From the NCBI GenBank assembly GCA_964187785.1, contig OZ076409.1, forward strand, positions 53,570,001-53,634,000: a DNA stretch of 64,000 nucleotides, given 5' to 3'. The notes under the pieces were generated by a model. That model saw nothing but the letters and a program-made list of their open reading frames with translations, was not told the origin of the DNA and did not search any database. A program made the translations under genes and the position numbers. Within the stretch, counting starts at the first letter, position 1. Each line of letters opens with the position of its first letter. Positions 55,966 to 64,000 of this stretch are shown here, piece by piece. Origin of the DNA: Amphiscolops sp. MND2022 (taxonomy: Eukaryota).

Positions 55966-58680
55966 CGAAGTTTTGACCGGATAGTCTGAGTAAAATGGTT
56001 TTACTGAGGGGCGGAGGCTCGAACCTTATCAGTTTCGATGTTATCTTTTCTTCAAACATCGAAAAAAAACACTCATGCTGGCATGACAACATGTGAACTT
56101 TTGACATCATATATGAAGTACATGACGTTTCGTTTGAGAAGAAAATCAAAGGGAGCTTCGTGTTTTTTCGGTACTGTGAAGTCTATAATTTATTCAAAAG
56201 ACAGTCTTCGAGGCTTTGAAGTGTGGTTGCTCTTTTTGAGTCTGGAGCGCTGACTTATTTGCTTTTTGCTTTGAAATTAACCAATTGCATCATTAGTAAT
56301 GCAGATTGGCGTCTCATGAATTTCAATGGAGAACACTGAAGACGCTGATAACCTCTCAAAGTCGCAAAAAGCTGTAAAGCTCTAGGACGGTCTTTGAGTG
56401 ACATATGAAACAACTCACCTCGTGAAAAAAAATCAAATAGGAGGACATTCCGTCATCGTCAAAAGTTCATGTGTTGGTAATAGAAAAAATTCCCAAACGA
56501 TACTTTTGGTTTTATCAATGGTGTCATTCGAATAGACTGTTTTCGGAAAAAATGGATGTTGGTGGAAAGAGAACCCCAACCGTCCTATCCCCTTTTGTGG
56601 TCCACTTCGGGTCTGTCTTAAAAAATGAAGAATGACTGTAATAGTCCTACTTGAAGGGGCTCGCTGAAAGCAGGAAAGCAAGCATGCAAATTTCTTTTTA
56701 AAAAACGTTTCAAAAAAGCTGAAATTCAATTAAAGGAACAGATTCAGGCGTCAATTCAGTTTAGGTTCATTTCCATACTCGACAAACACTTCTCTGCTTT
56801 TTAATTTCCATCTGTAAGACTGCATTATATTCACAGTTGATGCTGGAGCAACGGTAACCCCTTTGTCAAATATACCAGCAGAAGCAACTGTCAATTTGTT
56901 GGAAACAGGAATCAATTGCCAAAATATATCCAAATGGAATTCAATTGTTTCAAAATCTAAACATTAAGATATCGTTGTTTTCACTCTTTTCATGCTGTTA
57001 CAAACACCTAACAAAAAGATGCTGAAAAAGTGGCTTTTTGAAACATGAGGATAGAGAAGGCACCTTAGTTCAGAATTGGGTAGGACTATCCTCCGTGTAG
57101 ATTCAAAAACAGAGCAAGACGTCCTTCACGTTTTGACCTTTCAGAACAGCCAGAAAAAATAGATGTTCTATAACGGCAAGCTGTGATCGGTCGCTTAACA
57201 CGTTATATGAGTTATATGAGGTGGAGGAACTTGCAGAAATGGGTGTATCACTCGGGACAGGTGCCCATCGCCACAAATCGCCATTTTGCCTCCAGGGGTG
57301 AAATACGTCCCAAGACCGTGGGTGCTTCACCGAATACTGTCCAACCGGTCCCAGTCTTTGATTGCTAGTAGTAACGGGCATCTTCCTGACTCCCTAAAGA
57401 TCACCACTTAACTAGCACATAAAAACAATGCCAAGAATAAGGTAATTTTCCATTCCAGGGGACATCGGAACAACGTCTAAAATTGCAAAAACTAGTTCAG
57501 TTCTCGGGCTAGCAAATACAGCTAAAACCGTGAAAATACATCAAAGCACGCATAAATCTGGCAAACCACACAGCTACAAGCTGAGGTGCAGGGGCTCCAA
57601 GTACCAACGAAAGATCTTTAGTTGAAAAGACTCATTTTTAGGGTTCTCGCTACGTAGGGTAGTATAATGCTGATAATCAATAAAAACCAGGTGTTAGCAC
57701 CAAAAAAGAGTTTTTCTCGAGATTTTCACAGTCTCTGTGAGCTGTCAGGTCATTTCGTTCTCTGTGCTCTTGCTCAGTCTGCCCTCTACCGCGTTTTGCT
57801 TGCATTGCAAATGGCGGAAACAGCGACAAGAGCAATCACATGCGTAGTGCCACGCCACACAATAAAAACTTTTGACCAAATTTGTGAGTATGTCAAAATT
57901 CCAATATCGACTGATTTTGGTGTACCAGAAGATGCCGTTTGAAAGCAGTCTTGACAATGACATCTCCTGCTGCCAGCAAGCTGTCCTGGCAGGAGTAGGA
58001 ATCCCTGGGTTCGAAACGAAAAGCAAGGATTTTTTGAGATTTTCTTTTGAACACCAAAGGGAGTCAAGATGTTCACTTTCCAATTCAGAGACAGCATCGT
58101 AGCAAGTGCGACCGGTAGTGAGACCGAGACTCTACCTTGATAAGGGCTTCTGTGTTTCGAGAAAGTCCGGTACTTGTCTCTTGGTCTGGGTCATAATCAT
58201 TGAGTCAAGTTTTTGATAATCGAGATTTTTATCTGTTTTTTAATTGTTTTGCAGCTGGTTTTCCCTAGGATTTAAATGTTCACAGTGAGGTTTTTCAAGC
58301 TAGAAAGGTCGGATCGTTGACCGCGTGTTTCGAATGGCAAATAGCACAATCGGGTTTGTTCATATTAGTGTTTCTGGTGTCGCGGTTTGCAGTGCAATTG
58401 GCACATTTTGGGGGTTTCTACATGTTTTGGATCAATAACCGATACACCGGCAAATGCAGTAAAAGCGATGGGGATTCTACCCTTCTAGTTGAAATTTATC
58501 ACTGGAATGAAGTGATCAGATCATTTTGCTAGATTCCAAATGCGACAACTTTTCCTATATCGTTAGTGTGGGTCAAACAACCTTCGTTGTATTGAAAATG
58601 TGTTGCCGTCTTTCACCATAATTTTGGATTTGACTAAGAACCTGATCTTCTGAGACACATTTATTGACAACTGAGTGTTT

Positions 58681-59189
58681 TTAGTCGGCGCTTTTATTAA
58701 GAAAAGAGCCCGACTATTACAGTCACTCGTTTTTTTTTCTTTTTTTTTTATTTAGGACAGACTCGAAGCGACGAACGTTAAAAGTTAAAATTAACGTTCA
58801 ACTACTAAAAGTACTAAACTACTGGACCGCTAAAGGCAAACACGGGGAGCGCATTCATTCACTTTTTCAACGTTACATACAAGCCCGGACGGGACTAAAG
58901 TTTCGTACACCCCCCCCCCCCCTTTCGATTTTTTTTCGGCGCTGTGAGATTTTTTTCGAATTTTTTTTAATGTCCCCAAAGGGTCCCCCCTTTGAGTTTT
59001 TTGTTATTTTGCTACAGAATGCGTGTTTATAAATCAAAAAGGGTCCCCCCTTTTACATTTTCCGGCACTGTGCGACATTTTCCGAAAGAAATTTTTTTTC
59101 CGAAAATTTCAAGTTTTTTTCCAAAAAAAAATGTTTTGCGCTTTTTGAGTCTTAGATATAGCGCCGACTTGAGGCGTTCTCGTCTTGTT
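58681..59189 (+). mobile_element. Helentron-associated non-autonomous element (HINE/DINE-1-like), copy 1
   Basis: 5' subTIR agtcggcgct with nearby partial inverted copy gcccgacta; 3' subTIR agcgccgact; short 3' stem-loop ending tcttgtt; T-rich flanks, no TSD. Confidence 0.75.
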
Positions 59190-59758
59190 CTGTATTGTAC
59201 GCGGTCTCTGTTTGTCTTCCTTGGGCCTAGAAAAGTCGATAGCCTCGTTCCCTTGACTTCTTTGGACCCTTCGTGCGTTTCGAACTCCGAGCGAATAAAG
59301 CCATTCGTTATTCAGAGGGTTATGACTTTGAGAAGCTACGTTTAGTGTCTGTATTGCTTTTCGAGGATGGATCTGCAATTCATATAAATAGCGCTCCTAC
59401 CGCCTCCCGCTTCAGACGTAATATGAGTTTCTCTTCGTTGTTTCTGTTGTTGCATTCCTGTTATGGGTTGAAACTACTTTTTCTTCTGCGTTTTGCAAAG
59501 CTGATTTGCTGTGTATTTCCTTGTGCTACTTTTATTTGTGACACCAGTAGCTACTTTTGGTCCTTTGTTAGCTTAAGAAGGAAGTTTTCTGTATTTGACT
59601 CATCTTCATTTCCAAGAGACTTTCGTGCTGTTGTTGACTCAAATGCAACCGTGAAATCTATTGTCAATTGACTTCAGTGCTTTTAATTCTAAAATGTTGT
59701 TGCCGGCAAACAATCCTTAAATTACGACCTAGAGTGCAATCCATAAATAGGTTTGTTG

Positions 59759-60208
59759 TTAGTCGGCGCTTTTATTAATAAAAGAGCCCGACTATTACAG
59801 TCACACGTTTTTTTTTCTTTTTTTAAGACAGACTCGAAGCGACGAACGTTAACGTTCAACTAAAGGAAACTAAGTACCAGGAAAACGCATCTAAGTTATT
59901 CCAAAGGGTCCCCCTGTGGTTTTTTACTTTTTAAACGTAACCTGCAAAATCGGACGGGACTAAAGGGTCCCCCTTTCAATTTTTTTTGGCACTGTCCGTT
60001 TTTTTCATTTTTTTGTCTTCAAAAGGCCCCCCTTTGGTTTTTTACTTTTTAAACGTAGTCTACAAAACCGGATGAGTGTAAAGGGTCCCCCCTTTCGGTT
60101 TTTTCGGCACTGTGCAACTTTTTCTCTAATTTTTTTTGTCTCCAAAGGGTCCTTCGATTTTATTTGAGCCTTAGATATAGCGCCGACTTGAGACGTTCCC
60201 GTCTTGTT
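59759..60208 (+). mobile_element. Helentron-associated non-autonomous element, copy 2
   Basis: Same termini as 58681-59189, with internal aaagggtcccc repeat units varying in number. Confidence 0.75.
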
Positions 60209-63200
60209 TTCTTCTCTAATATGAGCATCCTTTAATTCAGCAATAAGTTTTGATATTTTTTCACATAAATTAGATGTTCAAAAACGTCAAATCTTTCATC
60301 TGAGTTTGTATTGAAGAAAAAAAAAACATTTTTCCAGCTTCAGTCTACAGTCTTGTTGAAATGCCTAATTTATCACTAAAGTTTTTACTCATTGAATTCT
60401 TCCATCATTAACAAAAGAAATAACTTTTTGTTATGGATCTTCATGAGTTCCCCGATCATGGTTCAATTGTATTGAAAACTACTAGATGATTTTCAACGAT
60501 TCGAATGTAATGAGAAATCATTCATGATTATTCGTGGTTCCGAACGTATTGCGTTCGAAAAACCAATCATGATGATCTTGGATGGAGTGGATGTCGAGAA
60601 CGAGCAATCAAACTGGGTTCTTCTCAAGATCTTACACCCAACTCTGATGCATGTTTGCTGCTAACATGTTCATTTGGGATTGAACCAGACTTTCATCGTT
60701 TTTCAATATTCAACAGAAATAGAGTGTTGAGGAAAAATGGGGGTCTCACCTGTTCTATAACCCAGCTCTCGTTCGATTGGGAAATGGTAAACTAATCAGA
60801 TGGTGACAAAAAACGTCATAAGTTTTTCATTTTTGTTGCAGTCTGGCGATTTTCAGAGTTTTTTTATAGTATCATGATTCAAAAACTTCCTTTCCGCAAG
60901 ATTAACATGTATGTAATGGCAATTTTAAGAAAGTCTTCTGAACAAGATATAAATTCAACTGGGAAAGTATGAAGTCTGTGCACATGGGTCCATTTGAAGA
61001 ACCAAAAAGTTGATAATCTACCATAATATTGTATTCTTTGAAACAGATTGCTCGATGAATGGACGCAATAAAAGGTCAAGCATTTTGAAAGGGATGTAAT
61101 TACATGCAAATCGAATTCTGGTGAATTTTCAGCTTCAACTTTTCAACTTTTATGCGGAATTTAATCAGTTTTGGGTTTCTATGTTGATGCTCAGGAGTAT
61201 CATTTTCATCGGCTAAAAAATAGAATCTTCTTTTGGCTTTAGATGGAATAACAATTGATGCTTAGTCGAATATTTACCTAGTAGCAAGTGTCCTGACACC
61301 GAATATTTAGACCTCCAGTGAAATTGGAAAAAATAGAAGCACTGTGAAACATTGTCAAAAAACGTCACTGCAATAACTCCTTTTTACTTTTTAATTTCAG
61401 AACCGTAAGGAAGACACTTGAGAGAAATTTGACAAAAAATCGTCATTAGAAACCAGGGGGAACTCCCAAACAACAGAATCCCAAAAGCAGAAAATGAAAA
61501 ATTGGTCTCAAACAGCAGCTTTAAGCTGAAAACGCGTGTCAGAAACTGATAGATTTGGAAAAATTGACATTGGTTCCAAACTTAATTACAAAAACAAGGG
61601 TTCCATTTTTTATCAGAGGACATTGTTTCTTATGATTGTACATGTAAATCATACAATGGACAAATCTGCTGTGAGAACAAAAAGTTGTTCATTAAAAAGT
61701 AAAATAAATAAATTTTCTGTTAAAAACATTAACCATGGCAGTGTTTTTACTCTATTTTCAAGCTCTTATTTTCCCAACTTTACAGTCTCAAAAACATTAC
61801 GTCATGAATTACATAATCTAAAAACTTTACGTCAAAGGTTCATGAAACAATTCGATAGATGAATTGAGATGCTTCGCTGGAGATGTCAATTTCAGGAAAC
61901 TTTTCTATGGTTCGTGGGTTTCATGCTTCCAGATGATGCAATCTTTTTTCGGAAACGTTCAGGATTTTCAGAATTTTTTTCTCAAAATCAAAGAGGCGGA
62001 ACTGCGTGCACTAACAACCAATTTCTTGGAGTAAAATTTTCATTAATTGTTCAACTCGTAAACTGTACATGTTGAACAAATCACTGAGCAAAATCATTGG
62101 ATTCATAAAATTAGTTTCTGATTAGCAGTTAAAAAATTCAAATAATTTGACCGAATATTGATGGATTAAAAATATATAACTACATAGTTAGTAAACGTGC
62201 AGTTCGAATCTTGCCTTTTCATCCACTTTCCTGTCAATATCCTGAAAGACAGATCAGATTTATTTTATCTACAAAAATTATGCTTCCGAAATTCCAAATG
62301 CTATTACTCACTATATTAGCAGTTCTTCTATCGCCAATAAAAGTAGGATTTTCTTGAAAATCTATTTGGCATGCTTCTTGTTTATCTCTATCCCATCGTC
62401 CAATTGAACAACGGAGACTGTTTGGACTCACTTGGACTAGTATGATCAAGTATTTTCATTTCTATTATTTATTTTGTTATTTTGGAAAAAAGGTTTTTCA
62501 TTTTCAAAGTACACGTTTTTCGATAAAGTATGTTCTAATTGAAAGTTTGAAAGAGCCTAGTCAAACGTACTAAATTTGTTATTATCGTTTTCGGTTACTT
62601 CCTAGGATTTCCGAGATGTTATACGAGACAGTTCACAAAACAACAAAAATCATGACAATTTCTTTCCGTTTTTAAACCTGAAATACCGAAGTAATTCTAA
62701 CTGAAATTCGAGAAGATTCGGCAAATGGTTTTCTTTCCAGCGTATACAGAAGGAAATTTTGTACCTTGGAGTATTCCTCGAACGAAAACTCCATGCTCTA
62801 AATTTTCGTTCAACAGAGCTACGAAAATTTTACGCACAGCAAATTTTTATGATACGGAATAAATGAAATGACATATTTGAGGTTCATTGCGGGAAAAGTT
62901 CTGAGGATACCAGTTTGCTGAAAACAGCAAGTTTGTGCCCCGAAAAAACCTCCAATAAATACTTTGTTAATCGTAAACGCTTCTTGATTGAAGCTTTAAG
63001 TTATTGAACTCTACAACAGAAATTATTAAAGTATTTCCGACAATCGGCTGACACCTTTTTGGAAGATCAAATATTTGGTGGTCTCTCAGAGCTGGGACTG
63101 AGGTAACAAAGATGTCTCAGTCTAGGCTAGATAATATAAAAATCTCAGGCTTCAGAAACCGATAGTTCGAACAAACTCGATATCGAAATGACTTGAACTT

Positions 63201-64000
63201 GTTTTTTTTTGGTGTTTGCGAGACAACAGGACAACATTTCCAATGTTTAAATGTGTTTGCTAGCCTTCTCACGAGGTGTATAAGCGAGCACTCACTTGGA
63301 GTCCAAAAACATTTAGGCTTTAGGCCTTGACCTAAATGTAGTTTACAAATGTCATTCGACAGAATAGTTATCTGCAATACCTTCAAGTAGATTTTATCAT
63401 TTTTGTCGATGGAAGTCATGAACGAACAATGTTTAAACTTCAAATACATGTGTGAAAAGCAACATTTCTATTTCACCTTCTTTCACCTTCCATCGCCAGA
63501 AACTCATTTTGCGATTTATTGAACTAAATTCAACACAAAAATGTTTTGCGTCGGAAATGAAGCAGTTATTGCATGCAGGAAGCTATTCACCGCCTTGACA
63601 AAAAAATGGAGTCAATATAGAAAACAGTGAGTCAATATAGAAAACATTCGTTAAAACGTTAACAATTGATAAGACTGGGAATCCAATTTCCAGTTCGTTG
63701 AACATAATATGTCTTTCTAGGAATTTACCGCTGTGTCCGTTCATTCCACGTTCATTTCAACCCGAATTCATTTCAGTCCAAGTTCATCTCAGAATAAATA
63801 GCATTTGACCACAAGACTTTGAACTGTGCTGTCTTGTTGTTTCACCGCTTTGCTTTGACTAACAGTTGGATCCCATTTTTGAACAAATGTTGCACAGTTT
63901 AAAGTAAACAGGTCAACAAAAGAAACAAATAAAGGATTTTTGGCAATTAGAGATGATGTAGTAATTCAGATGGTGTAATTTGGACAACAAAACACAACCA

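Noticed and set aside
56740..58110. Possible host exons or decayed coding sequence
   Set aside because: Coding-like composition and some acceptor-like sites, but stops in the candidate frames and no family I can recognise.
60300..64000. Short ORFs in the AT-rich terminal region
   Set aside because: No motifs or consistent exon chain; treated as intergenic or intronic.

Overview
Repeat-dense eukaryotic DNA, probably metazoan; the species cannot be identified and no host gene can be supported. Three large Ty3/gypsy-class LTR retrotransposons fill about 45 kb. Element A (<1-17381, 5' LTR outside the window) is nearly intact. It carries gag-pol split by one frameshift, an integrase extended by an AT-hook, a Cys cluster and two TARG1/OARD1-like macrodomains, and a third 1426-aa ORF with an SGNH-esterase-like domain in the env position. 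Element B (about 17382-29500) is heavily decayed. Element C (32548-48042) is full length with about 1.9-kb LTRs. B and C are related. In C, gag starts inside the LTR and pol is reached by a -1 frameshift at AAAAAAC; B shows remnants of the same layout. Both carry a large antisense gene between pol and the 3' LTR. In C this gene can be spliced by hand across four phase-1 GT-AG introns into a protein of about 1,100 aa (four lesions) resembling a catalytically dead hAT transposase, the most striking system in the window. The rest holds a solo LTR related to A, a decayed Bel/Pao-like remnant, MITEs, Helentron-associated (DINE-1-like) repeats and several long spacerless palindromes. All domain calls come from motif recognition by eye, not from database searches.
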